32,000 bases of DNA from Candidatus Lokiarchaeum ossiferum (GTDB lineage Archaea > Asgardarchaeota > Lokiarchaeia > Sigyniarchaeales > Promethearchaeaceae). Shown here one piece after another: positions 1-7,956 of the stretch. Within the stretch, counting starts at the first letter, position 1; each line of letters begins with the position of its first letter. The position numbers were made by a program, and so were the translations under genes. Below the pieces are notes generated by a model. The model had not been told where the DNA came from. It worked only from the letters and a program-made list of their open reading frames with translations, and did not search any database. The stretch covers positions 150,001 to 182,000 of the forward strand of contig CP104013.1 in assembly GCA_025839675.1 (NCBI GenBank), read 5' to 3'.

Positions 1-704
1 AAGTATTTGAATTCAGTTAAACGGGTTCCCATCGAATGTTGGTAATATGGCCCTGTTCCGATTAAAGTATCGGTTGCGGTTATATAATAATCATCGACAG
101 GCGTGCTACCTGCTGCATTCGATAGGATAACCGAACCAGAAAAACATAACAAAGAAACAAACGCGGCATATTTATAGTTTAATAAAAATTTAACATGGGT
201 CGCATTTAATGCAGTGGTACTATAGATCAATAATGGTGTGTTCGGATGAAGCGCTGCTAAGGGTTCATATAATTCTGCAATTTGGGTTTTCGTTTCGGCA
301 GAACAGAATCGATTCAATCGGTCGAAAGTGAAAACCACATCCTCAGCATCAAAATCCGAACCGTCATGGAATGTGACCCCTGTTTTTAATTCAACGGTGT
401 AGCTATACTTGGTCCCATTGATTGTACTTTCAGTCCCCCACACACCGAAGGCTTTAGCCAACTGTGGCTGGATAGCGAGGTTAGGATCGGTCAAATCATA
501 AGAGAAAAGCCCTTCGCAGACTTGATTGATGTGGGCGATTGAAGCGCTATCCCAGGCATATTGTGGGTCTAAATCCACAACGAGAGAAGAAGTCCCGTAT
601 ATCAACGGACGGGGCTTTAATTCTCGTTCACCAGCCACGAGAAAAGGACTAAAAAAACTTCCTAAGATTACCGCTAACATAGCAACTAGGTTTTTTTTTT
701 TCAC
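1..704 (-). CDS. ABC transporter substrate-binding protein, family 5 (peptide/nickel DppA/OppA type), N-terminal part; runs off the left edge
   Basis: Absent from the ORF track because it is truncated. My minus-strand translation from GTG 704 (or ATG 680) is open to position 1. It reads VKKKNLVAMLAVILGSFF...IYGTSSLVVDLDPQYAWDSASIAHINQVCEGLFSYDLTDPNLAIQPQLAKAF...YTVELKTGVTFHDGSDFDAEDVVFTFDRL. That is a hydrophobic anchor followed by the typical SBP_bac_5 N-terminal signature. Confidence 0.8.
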   Translation of the reverse strand, partial: MKKKNLVAMLAVILGSFFSPFLVAGERELKPRPLIYGTSSLVVDLDPQYAWDSASIAHINQVCEGLFSYDLTDPNLAIQPQLAKAFGVWGTESTINGTKYSYTVELKTGVTFHDGSDFDAEDVVFTFDRLNRFCSAETKTQIAELYEPLAALHPNTPLLIYSTTALNATHVKFLLNYKYAAFVSLLCFSGSVILSNAAGSTPVDDYYITATDTLIGTGPYYQHSMGTRLTEFKY

Positions 705-896
705 GTTTTTTCCCTTTTAGATTTAGAATTTATACAATGGATAATTATTTCCTCAGCTATTTGAAGATAGTGGAAAATATATCCGCCAATATTGCGCAGA
801 TTATTTTAATCATACTTTTTTTTCCTATTCCGACAGATGGGAAGTAATACCTTTTATTTTATTCTGGAACGAAGAATTAAAAAATGCAATGGTATC

Positions 897-924
897 CAAG
901 AAACCAGTCCAATTTTTTTAGTAT
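897..924 (+). promoter_or_regulatory. Copy 1 of a shared upstream motif CAAGAAACCAGTC-N-AATTTTTTT-GTAT (T-rich, TATA-like end)
   Basis: caagaaaccagtccaatttttttagtat matches 2213-2240 at about 26 of 28 positions. It lies about 180 nt upstream of the LRR gene ATG. Confidence 0.3.
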
Positions 925-1104
925 AAAAGAGATAACAAATTCTGAAATAATTGTAGAAACATAAATTCTTTTTTTCCAAGTAGTATGAAAGATCTTAATA
1001 ATAAGAAAGAACTAGTTTTAAAAATAAATTGAATGTGTTAATGAAAAAAGGGACTGAATTTACCTTATACAAATAAAAATCAACAATATTACTAGGATTT
1101 GAAA

Positions 1105-2034
1105 ATGAGCAATTTACGAAATCTATCTTTATCAAAAAAGAGTTTGAGAAAAATTGAGGGACTGAATATTTATACAGACTTGGTAACACTTGTTTTAAAT
1201 CACAATGAGATACAAAAAATTGAAGGTCTTGATAATTTAAGAAAAATAGAGATTCTTAAAATGAATGATAATCAAATCCATAAAATTGAAAATCTAAGTC
1301 ATTTAACCAATTTAAAAAACCTATCATTAAGTAGAAACTTAATTCAAAAAGTTGAAGGATTAGATAATTTATGTAATCTTCGTTCTTTGAATCTCAGTTA
1401 TAATGATATTTCTAAAATAGAAGGTTTAGATAAGAATTTTGAACTCCGACAATTGCGGATACGTGATAATATACATATTAGAAAAATTGAAGGTTTAGAT
1501 AATCTTAGATCTTTACAAGTATTAGACTTAGGAATAATAAATATAGTAAAAATTGAAGGATTATCTTATTTGCATTCATTAAAAGATTTAATTTTTACCT
1601 TACCAAAGAATTGTGAAGTTGATCTACAAATCGAAGGTTTTGAACACCTTATTTCAGCAAAAAATATCGATATTGATTATTATAAATTCCAAGAAGAATT
1701 TGTGGATTCAAAAACCATTGTATGTCTTTTAAGGTTTGCCTGTATTATTAAAACTCAAATAAAATTGGATGATTGGCAACGTATCTTAATGATTTTTCCG
1801 GGAAATTTTTGGATGTATAGCAATACCCATTCGATTGATCATGTAAATTGGTATTTAAATCAATGTCAACCACATCTGGAGAAATTTATCACAGATTTGA
1901 CTTCTGAACAAAATTATCATTCCATTTATAATGCTTCTAAGAAAAATTGGGATCTTTTTCTAACTCGAGTGAAATTATTTTTGAAAGAATCTCCCCAAAT
2001 CAAACCAATCTATGAAATAGATCCCAAACTATGA
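1105..2034 (+). CDS. Leucine-rich repeat protein, SDS22-like 22-residue repeats, plus an unassigned C-terminal domain
   Basis: At least 7 tandem 22-aa units with consensus NLxxLxLxxNxIxKIEGLDxLx, e.g. LVLNHNEIQKIEGLDNLR, LKMNDNQIHKIENLSHLT, LSLSRNLIQKVEGLDNLC, LNLSYNDISKIEGLD. The track start 1099 is TTG; the first ATG is at 1105. Confidence 0.8.
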   Translation: MSNLRNLSLSKKSLRKIEGLNIYTDLVTLVLNHNEIQKIEGLDNLRKIEILKMNDNQIHKIENLSHLTNLKNLSLSRNLIQKVEGLDNLCNLRSLNLSYNDISKIEGLDKNFELRQLRIRDNIHIRKIEGLDNLRSLQVLDLGIINIVKIEGLSYLHSLKDLIFTLPKNCEVDLQIEGFEHLISAKNIDIDYYKFQEEFVDSKTIVCLLRFACIIKTQIKLDDWQRILMIFPGNFWMYSNTHSIDHVNWYLNQCQPHLEKFITDLTSEQNYHSIYNASKKNWDLFLTRVKLFLKESPQIKPIYEIDPKL

Positions 2035-2071
2035 GTCATTCTAATATATTTTTGGGAATATTTAGTATTAA

Positions 2072-2132
2072 CATTTTAAATCATAATTGAAAGATGCATT
2101 GATGCATTTTAAACCATAATTGAAATAGTGCA
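2072..2132. repeat. Two direct copies of a 27-28 nt element (cattttaaaYcataattgaaa..gca), 33 bp apart, enclosing the palindrome atgcattgatgcat
   Basis: 2072-2098 cattttaaatcataattgaaagatgca versus 2105-2132 cattttaaaccataattgaaatagtgca, read directly from the sequence. Confidence 0.5.
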
Positions 2133-2212
2133 ATGGGAGGATCTATCAAGTATTTTTAATTAAATATTTTTGAGATATAGTCCTTGAAATCGATTAGACA
2201 TTCTAATTAAAT

Positions 2213-2240
2213 CAAGAAACCAGTCAAATTTTTTTTGTAT
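2213..2240 (+). promoter_or_regulatory. Copy 2 of the shared upstream motif; probable BRE/TATA region of the ITPase gene
   Basis: caagaaaccagtcaaattttttttgtat ends 18 nt before the ATG at 2258. That spacing fits a leaderless or short-leader archaeal promoter. Confidence 0.35.
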
Positions 2241-2257
2241 TCGGGATTGTAATCCTT

Positions 2258-2857
2258 ATGGGTACAAAAATCACTTTTGTTACAGGTAATAAGCATAAAT
2301 TTGAGGAAGTATCAAAATTATTGGAAACATCGGTGGAAGGGTATGAGGTGATCCAATCCACCAAAGAATTATCCGAATTACAAGCGGATTCCTTAGAAGA
2401 AGTGGCCAAATTCAAAGTGAATAGTGTTAAAACCGTCATCAAACCACCGTATTTTATTGAAGATGCGGGGTTTTTTGTTGATGATGTGTGTAAGGGTTTT
2501 CCAGGGGTGTATAGTTCCTATGTCATGAAAACCATTGGTTACGAGGGGATTCTGAAAATCTTAGGTTCGACTGATCAACGGAAGGCTCATTTTGAAAGTG
2601 TTATCGCCTATATTGATGAATATTATCAAATACGGTTTTTTAAGGGAATTAATGAGGGAGCCGTGGAACTGGAAGCCAGAGGAAAATCCGGTTTTGGCTT
2701 TGATCCCATCTTTATCTCGAAGGATACTCCAGATCGTACTTTTGCGGAATTAACCATGGAAGAAAAAAATGCGATCTCTCACCGGCGAAGAGCCATGATG
2801 AAACTGATCGAATTTCTAAATTCCAAAAAGAATAAGAGCCAATCAAGGTCAAATTAA
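2258..2857 (+). CDS. Non-canonical purine NTP pyrophosphatase (ITPase, HAM1/RdgB family)
   Basis: KITFVTGNKHKFEEV at the N-terminus, then FGFDPIF and AISHRRRA motifs. The length (199 aa) is typical of the family. Confidence 0.9.
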   Translation: MGTKITFVTGNKHKFEEVSKLLETSVEGYEVIQSTKELSELQADSLEEVAKFKVNSVKTVIKPPYFIEDAGFFVDDVCKGFPGVYSSYVMKTIGYEGILKILGSTDQRKAHFESVIAYIDEYYQIRFFKGINEGAVELEARGKSGFGFDPIFISKDTPDRTFAELTMEEKNAISHRRRAMMKLIEFLNSKKNKSQSRSN

Positions 2858-2898
2858 TAATTAAAAAAAACATTTCTATTGGATAGGGAAGATCTATC

Positions 2899-4014
2899 TT
2901 AATTTGGATGGGATAGGAGTTTTTTTTTCTTGGTATATTTAAAAATTAACACCATAACAGGGAAGAGAGCTATAGGAATAAAATTATACCCTTGGATGGT
3001 TTTGTTTCCATCTAATCCAAAAATTTCGATTATTCTCACCCCATCTTTTAAATCTGCTACATATATTAAATTGCCACATATTTCGACATCAAATGGTTCT
3101 CCACCATCCGAAAAATGTCCCAATTGTGTTGGGTTAGTTGGATCTGAAATATTCACTAAGTAAACTCCCTTTTCCATATCTGCAATATAGGCAATCCCAT
3201 TCTTCACTTGTAAATCACATGGATCTCCTTCTAAAGAATAATGACTGACATGTATTGGCTTGGAGTGGTTGTTAATATTGTATATATGAAGCCCTTTTTC
3301 TAAGGAATTATCGGTGAAATAGGCATACTCCTTTTCAACAAAAACACCGAAGTATCCGGGGGAACGATTCATTTTTGAAAGAGTATTTAAGTTGGATGGA
3401 AGGCTGGCATTTATAATTTCAAATCCAAATTCATAATCGGCTGAAAATACAGTTTGATTTTGGACAAACAAATTACTGGGTTTCCCACCACTCTGAAAAT
3501 GGACTATTTTGTTAGGGTGGTAAGGATCACTCACATTCACTATTTTAATACCCGCAGAAGATCCAGAAACGGTCCCATGATCACTGAGATAGGCTAATTC
3601 ATCTTCAACATAAACATCGATAATCGCTCCCGCATCGTGATAACTGCTAAGATATGTTGGAGCCATAGGGTCGCTAATATTATATATCCTTAACCCCCCA
3701 AATAAAATGGCAATAAAAGCCAAATCGTGTTTAACAAATATCCCATTGGCTTTTTTAGCGCCTGAATCTTGGAATAATTGCGTAGGATTTTCAGGATCAC
3801 TTACATTATACATCAGAAATCCATTGATATCATCAGCAATGTAGCTGATATTATTTTTCACAACAACATCGGTAACCATACCATTGGTTTCAATTAAACC
3901 AATCTCTTTCATAGGAAACCTCGTTCCGGAAGCTTTCGTAAAATTTCCGGGAAATATTCCACCCATCAGTAAGATAATACCAATGCAAATCAAAAATTTT
4001 GTTTTATATTTCAT
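2899..4014 (-). CDS. LVIVD-repeat beta-propeller surface protein with N-terminal signal/anchor and C-terminal TM helix
   Basis: Repeated units of the type YIADxxxGxxxxNVSDPxNPTQL, e.g. ISYIADDINGFLMYNVSDPENPTQL, GIKIVNVSDPYHPNKI, IAYIADMEKGVYLVNISDPTNPTQLG. The N-terminus is hydrophobic and the C-terminus reads IPIALFPVMVLIF followed by KKKK. ATG at 4014; the track start 4023 is GTG. Confidence 0.75.
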   Translation of the reverse strand: MKYKTKFLICIGIILLMGGIFPGNFTKASGTRFPMKEIGLIETNGMVTDVVVKNNISYIADDINGFLMYNVSDPENPTQLFQDSGAKKANGIFVKHDLAFIAILFGGLRIYNISDPMAPTYLSSYHDAGAIIDVYVEDELAYLSDHGTVSGSSAGIKIVNVSDPYHPNKIVHFQSGGKPSNLFVQNQTVFSADYEFGFEIINASLPSNLNTLSKMNRSPGYFGVFVEKEYAYFTDNSLEKGLHIYNINNHSKPIHVSHYSLEGDPCDLQVKNGIAYIADMEKGVYLVNISDPTNPTQLGHFSDGGEPFDVEICGNLIYVADLKDGVRIIEIFGLDGNKTIQGYNFIPIALFPVMVLIFKYTKKKKLLSHPN

Positions 4015-4033
4015 AATTATCACATTTTTTTTT

Positions 4034-4306
4034 TTAACACGGAGTTGTTATAGTTTTTTTCTCGGTCCATCCAAGCAATCGATTATTATTCTTGGCAATA
4101 ATCGTTTCAAATTTATATCTAAGCAATTTTGGTTTTTTAACCAAGAAGAAAATATTGCCCATAGAGAATATGGCAAAGCCAATCAAGCTGTATATCGTTG
4201 TATCAAGAGTTAATTTTAAGTATAAGAAATAAATCCACCTGAAAAATAGCATATCTAAATTGAGTAAGGATGATTCTTGATCAGTCATGAATCTCATGGA
4301 TTTCAC
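4034..4306 (-). CDS. Small hypothetical membrane protein (2 predicted TM helices), 10 bp upstream of the LVIVD gene
   Basis: ORF with hydrophobic segments (WIYFLYLKL, IYSLIGFAIFSMGNIFFLV). It is co-directional with and tightly spaced to the LVIVD gene. No recognisable family. Confidence 0.4.
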   Translation of the reverse strand: MKSMRFMTDQESSLLNLDMLFFRWIYFLYLKLTLDTTIYSLIGFAIFSMGNIFFLVKKPKLLRYKFETIIAKNNNRLLGWTEKKTITTPC

Positions 4307-4622
4307 TATTGTTAGTTGAGCTGATTTTAAACTTACAATAGTGTTGATGAATATAAATCATTTCAAGAAATAATAATTTTGAGTTCATTGGATTTGAACC
4401 CTGATCATGAACTAAGTACTCATAAACAATATTTTAGTTGTCTAATTATAATTTTTCAATTCATAATCAAAATTATTAGCTCATGAATTAATTATTTAGA
4501 AATTGAATTAGTCATAAAACCTCTATTTTTTATTGTTTTAGAGCAAAAATTGACGATTCAAAGGAATCATAAGAGAAAAAGAGAAAAAGATAGGGAAAAG
4601 GAAAAAAACCAGAAAAACAAGA

Positions 4623-5330
4623 TTAGTTTTCCTTTTGTCCCTTGGTAATAAGGAGCAAAAAGATGAAAAAGATCACCGAAAATAAGAAAAGCAAGACGGG
4701 GATCATAGGTGTTGAATTTCCTGCCCATAAATAGGCTAAAAATCCAAAAGGTACGGCAAATATGATTGTGATTATTATTAAGGCAACAATATTTACAGGT
4801 GTCTCTTTTAAATCAATGATCAAAGGAATAATAACCGTCAAAGTTAACACAGTGCACATTATTTTATACACTAAAATTATTGCTGCTGAAGGCGAATAGG
4901 TAAATATATGGAACGTTTCCGGAATTCGAAACCATGTCCAAAATTCTTTAGTTCCATTTGCCATAAAATTTAAACTTGTAAATGCAGGTAACACTGCAGA
5001 TAAAATAAAATTTAAAATTAAAGCAATAATTAGAACTAAGACCACATCATCTGCATCTTTATAGCCCTCACTTTTATCCTTTATTAATATATCTCGAAAG
5101 ACTGCAAATAGCCAAAGGCATACAAGAACCATAGATGCACCTGTTGCCCCAAAATCATACATCGCATTCTTTGTAACGATATACCATAGATAATTTCCGG
5201 GTAGTAAAGCGAAGATGTAGGCTAACGTCCCGTAATTATCTCCTCTTTTGAAGAGATCATAGACTAAAAATATCCCATAGATCAATCCAAACGTTATAAG
5301 TAGAATTATTTCAGTTGCTGCGAAACCCAT
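4623..5330 (-). CDS. Hypothetical polytopic membrane protein (about 6-7 TM helices)
   Basis: 235-aa ORF, ATG start, dominated by hydrophobic helices. No family motif recognised. Confidence 0.6.
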   Translation of the reverse strand: MGFAATEIILLITFGLIYGIFLVYDLFKRGDNYGTLAYIFALLPGNYLWYIVTKNAMYDFGATGASMVLVCLWLFAVFRDILIKDKSEGYKDADDVVLVLIIALILNFILSAVLPAFTSLNFMANGTKEFWTWFRIPETFHIFTYSPSAAIILVYKIMCTVLTLTVIIPLIIDLKETPVNIVALIIITIIFAVPFGFLAYLWAGNSTPMIPVLLFLFSVIFFIFLLLITKGQKEN

Positions 5331-5507
5331 AATTTGATCACTTAGTTTTTAGTATTTATCCTAATGTAATCATATTGGTTTGGAATTATAAATATTTTTT
5401 CCACCAGTTGTTGGCCAAATTACATGGAATATTAGAATTTCTAAATTTTGTCTTTTCAATTCAAAAGGAAAAAAGTTTATACATTCAATCACCTAAATAC
5501 ACTTGGT

Positions 5508-6014
5508 ATGGATTTGAAAAAAGAATTAATCGGGTTACGGATATTATTTGGGTCATATTTCTTGGAAACCCAAAAAACATGGGGAGAAAGTACCGTGAAA
5601 GCATTATTAAATCGGTTAGGGCAAAAACCCGCCGAGATTGTGGCCAACCAAATACTAGAAAAATATGATAAATCCTTGGATGATCCGTTTAAAATTCCTT
5701 CCGCAGCATTTTCGTTATTTGAAAACACAATTACAAAATTATTTAATTCTGAAGTTATTAGTCAAGAGACTTTAAGTGATCGGATCATCATTAAAATCAA
5801 AAATGAATGCACATTTCGCCAGACGATTAAAGGGAGAACAGAATTAGAATATGGGGGGACTTTATGTGAATTTACTGTGGGATATTTTGAAACTGCACTG
5901 AAAATGCTCACTGGATTAAATGTAGAATATCATATTGTAAAGAAAGAAACAACCGATGAATCTTGCGTCATAAATCTTGTTTTTTATAAGAAAACCGAAA
6001 ATCTTAAGGAGTAA
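5508..6014 (+). CDS. V4R-domain protein (4-vinyl-reductase fold, related to TRAPP Bet3-type subunits)
   Basis: The C-terminal pattern GGTLCEFTVGYFETALKMLTGLNVEYHIVKKETTDESCVINLVF fits the V4R signature C-x-F-x2-G-x10-G...E...C. The track start 5448 is TTG; the first ATG at 5508 gives MDLKKELIGLR. Confidence 0.6.
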   Translation: MDLKKELIGLRILFGSYFLETQKTWGESTVKALLNRLGQKPAEIVANQILEKYDKSLDDPFKIPSAAFSLFENTITKLFNSEVISQETLSDRIIIKIKNECTFRQTIKGRTELEYGGTLCEFTVGYFETALKMLTGLNVEYHIVKKETTDESCVINLVFYKKTENLKE

Positions 6015-6061
6015 TTTTCCCTTATTTCTATATTATTCTTTTCCGAAAAAGGAGATTCACT

Positions 6062-6994
6062 ATGTTACCGTATACTTTTTATGATTATCCCCGTGGGGAT
6101 ATCGATACCCTTACCAAATTTGCAATATTTGGTATCCCTTGGGATGCGAATTCAACTCATATGCAAGGATGTGCCCGCGCCGCCCCCTTAAAACTTCGGG
6201 AAATCACCTCTCATCTTGCCCGTATGACCGAAAAAGGACATAATATTGAAGAATTTGCTGCGGCGGATTTTGGGGATGTGAATATTTATCCTTCCTTGCC
6301 TGATAAATCACGATCCAATATCATAGAATTTGTCAAAGAGTTTTTACCTTGGAAAAGTGCCTCCCTCTTGCCAATTATGATTGGGGGTGATCATTATTGC
6401 ACCTATCCAGTTGTAAAAGCTCTTTCTGAAATATACGCGGAAAAATCCCAAGAGAAAATAGGAGTCATCATTTTTGATGCCCATCTTGATTACTATGATA
6501 AATGGTTGGATGTGGAAACGGATTTTCACTGTACGGTGACCAAAAGAATTACTGATTTGCCAAATATTGACCCCGAGCATGTGGCGGTAATTGGGATTCG
6601 GGATGCGGATATTCCAGAATATGAACTCGCCCGAACTGATGGCCTGTATTGGGTAAATGCCTATGAGTTATATCCCTACGATCAATTACAAAATCAAATT
6701 GAGAAGCTAATTACGTATTATAGGGCGAAAAACATAACCAAAATATACTTATCCATCGATATTGATGCATTAGATGGAGCTGTTGCTCCCGGAACAGGAT
6801 ATACTCTTCCTGGAGGTTTATCCTATCGGGATTTATGGCTATTCCTTCAGAAAATAATTCAGAATTTTACTCTCATTGGGATGGATTTAGTCGAAGTGGC
6901 GCCTGATATGGATCTCCCCTCAAAATTAACTCAAATTACTGCAGTAAAATTAATTACTGAAACGATGGCCTTTATTACTGAGAAAGAGGACTAA
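6062..6994 (+). CDS. speB: Agmatinase-like ureohydrolase (arginase/agmatinase family)
   Basis: Mn-binding motifs are present: IMIGGDHYCTYP, IFDAHLDYY, SIDIDALDGAVAPGTG, DLVEVAP. The stop lies 2 nt before the deoxyhypusine synthase start. Confidence 0.8.
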   Translation: MLPYTFYDYPRGDIDTLTKFAIFGIPWDANSTHMQGCARAAPLKLREITSHLARMTEKGHNIEEFAAADFGDVNIYPSLPDKSRSNIIEFVKEFLPWKSASLLPIMIGGDHYCTYPVVKALSEIYAEKSQEKIGVIIFDAHLDYYDKWLDVETDFHCTVTKRITDLPNIDPEHVAVIGIRDADIPEYELARTDGLYWVNAYELYPYDQLQNQIEKLITYYRAKNITKIYLSIDIDALDGAVAPGTGYTLPGGLSYRDLWLFLQKIIQNFTLIGMDLVEVAPDMDLPSKLTQITAVKLITETMAFITEKED

Positions 6995-6996
6995 AA

Positions 6997-7953
6997 ATGA
7001 AAGAAGCAAATGACAATTATCAAGGAAAAGCAGTAAAACAAGCCACTTTTCCTCCAAGTGCTGATATAGTTCAAATAGTAGAATCCTGGGATAATATGGG
7101 ATTTAATGCCAAACGATTAGCACGTGCTTGCAAGATTTATGAAAAAATGTGCCAAGATAAAGAATGTGTGAAATTCTTTGCTTTATCGGGAGCAATGGTA
7201 CCCGTGGGTATGCAAAAAGTTGTTTACGACTTTATAGATGAAGGTTTTATTGATGTATTGGTGACAACTGGAGCCAATCTAACCCATGATCTAGCTGAAG
7301 CCTTAGGAGATCACCACCTTCAAGGACACGCTACTGAAGATAAACAAACTGACGCTGCACTGCATGAAGATGAGTTAAACCGAATTTATGATGTGTATAT
7401 GCCCAATTCGATTTATGAAAATATGGAAGATTGGATTGGGACATGGAAACTAGATCCAAAATCTTCTTTAAAAGAAGCCATTTGGGAAGTTGGTAAGCAT
7501 TTACCCCAAGATAGTAAATCCGTCTTACGTATCTGCTATGATAAACAAATTCCAATCTATTGTCCAGCCTTTACTGATTCTGGTTTGGGCATGCAGCTTA
7601 TGTTCAAGTATCCTAATATCAATTTGAACCATTTTGAAGATTTAAATGAAATGATAAATAAAGCATGGGATACCAAAGTTCCTGGAGTCTTTATCTGTGG
7701 AGGAGGAGTGCCCAAGAATTTCATTTTCCAAGCCATGCAATTTTCACCCAATTCTGCGAAATTCGTTGTGCAAATCACAACTGATGCTCAAGTTTCGGCA
7801 GGAGGTTTGTCATCAGCTTCTTTAAGTGAAGCGGTTTCTTGGGGGAAAATTAATGCGAAAGGTGAATCTTCTCAAGTGCATTTGGATGCCACTATTGCAA
7901 TGCCGATTATTCTATCTTATCTAAAACAAAAAAAACTAGAAGGAACTTTGTAA
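6997..7953 (+). CDS. dys: Deoxyhypusine synthase (aIF5A modification)
   Basis: FALSGAMVPVGMQKVVYDFIDEGFIDVLVTTGANLTHDL and ICGGGVPKNFIFQ match the archaeal DHS pattern. Length 318 aa. Confidence 0.9.
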   Translation: MKEANDNYQGKAVKQATFPPSADIVQIVESWDNMGFNAKRLARACKIYEKMCQDKECVKFFALSGAMVPVGMQKVVYDFIDEGFIDVLVTTGANLTHDLAEALGDHHLQGHATEDKQTDAALHEDELNRIYDVYMPNSIYENMEDWIGTWKLDPKSSLKEAIWEVGKHLPQDSKSVLRICYDKQIPIYCPAFTDSGLGMQLMFKYPNINLNHFEDLNEMINKAWDTKVPGVFICGGGVPKNFIFQAMQFSPNSAKFVVQITTDAQVSAGGLSSASLSEAVSWGKINAKGESSQVHLDATIAMPIILSYLKQKKLEGTL

Positions 7954-7956
7954 ATT

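Noticed and set aside
691-701. An 11-nt homopolymer (T on plus, A on minus) at the very start of the substrate-binding-protein gene, as a possible slipped-strand phase-variation tract.
   Set aside because: If translation starts at ATG 680 the tract is simply 5-prime leader. Homopolymer runs of 8-11 nt are common throughout this AT-rich window (for example around 4025, 14389, 15850, 21626), so it is not distinctive.
526-1189. Track ORFs 526-720 (+) and 995-1189 (-).
   Set aside because: 526-720 is antisense to the substrate-binding-protein gene that runs off the window. 995-1189 overlaps the LRR gene start and its AT-rich promoter region and has no coding signature.
2930-4213. Plus-strand ORFs 2930-3163 and 3884-4213 from the track.
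   Set aside because: They are antisense to and nested in the well-supported LVIVD gene and its upstream partner. They have low-complexity composition typical of shadow ORFs in AT-rich DNA. The same reasoning applies to 2224-2442, 5489-5728, 6344-6580, 7331-7555, 7557-7778, 8552-8788, 12750-13088, 12802-12987, 12974-13159, 13563-13808, 14361-14759, 14742-14924, 14888-15094, 15981-16169, 16104-16382, 17754-18104, 19374-19562, 20004-20225, 21865-22053, 27435-27626, 27853-28053, 28026-28259, 29054-29365, 31476-31733 and 31615-31818.
5375-5668. Track ORF 5375-5668 (+), overlapping the V4R gene in another frame.
   Set aside because: The overlapping frame 5508-6014 carries the recognisable V4R motif and extends much further. 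The 5375 ORF is basic, low-complexity and starts in the promoter region.
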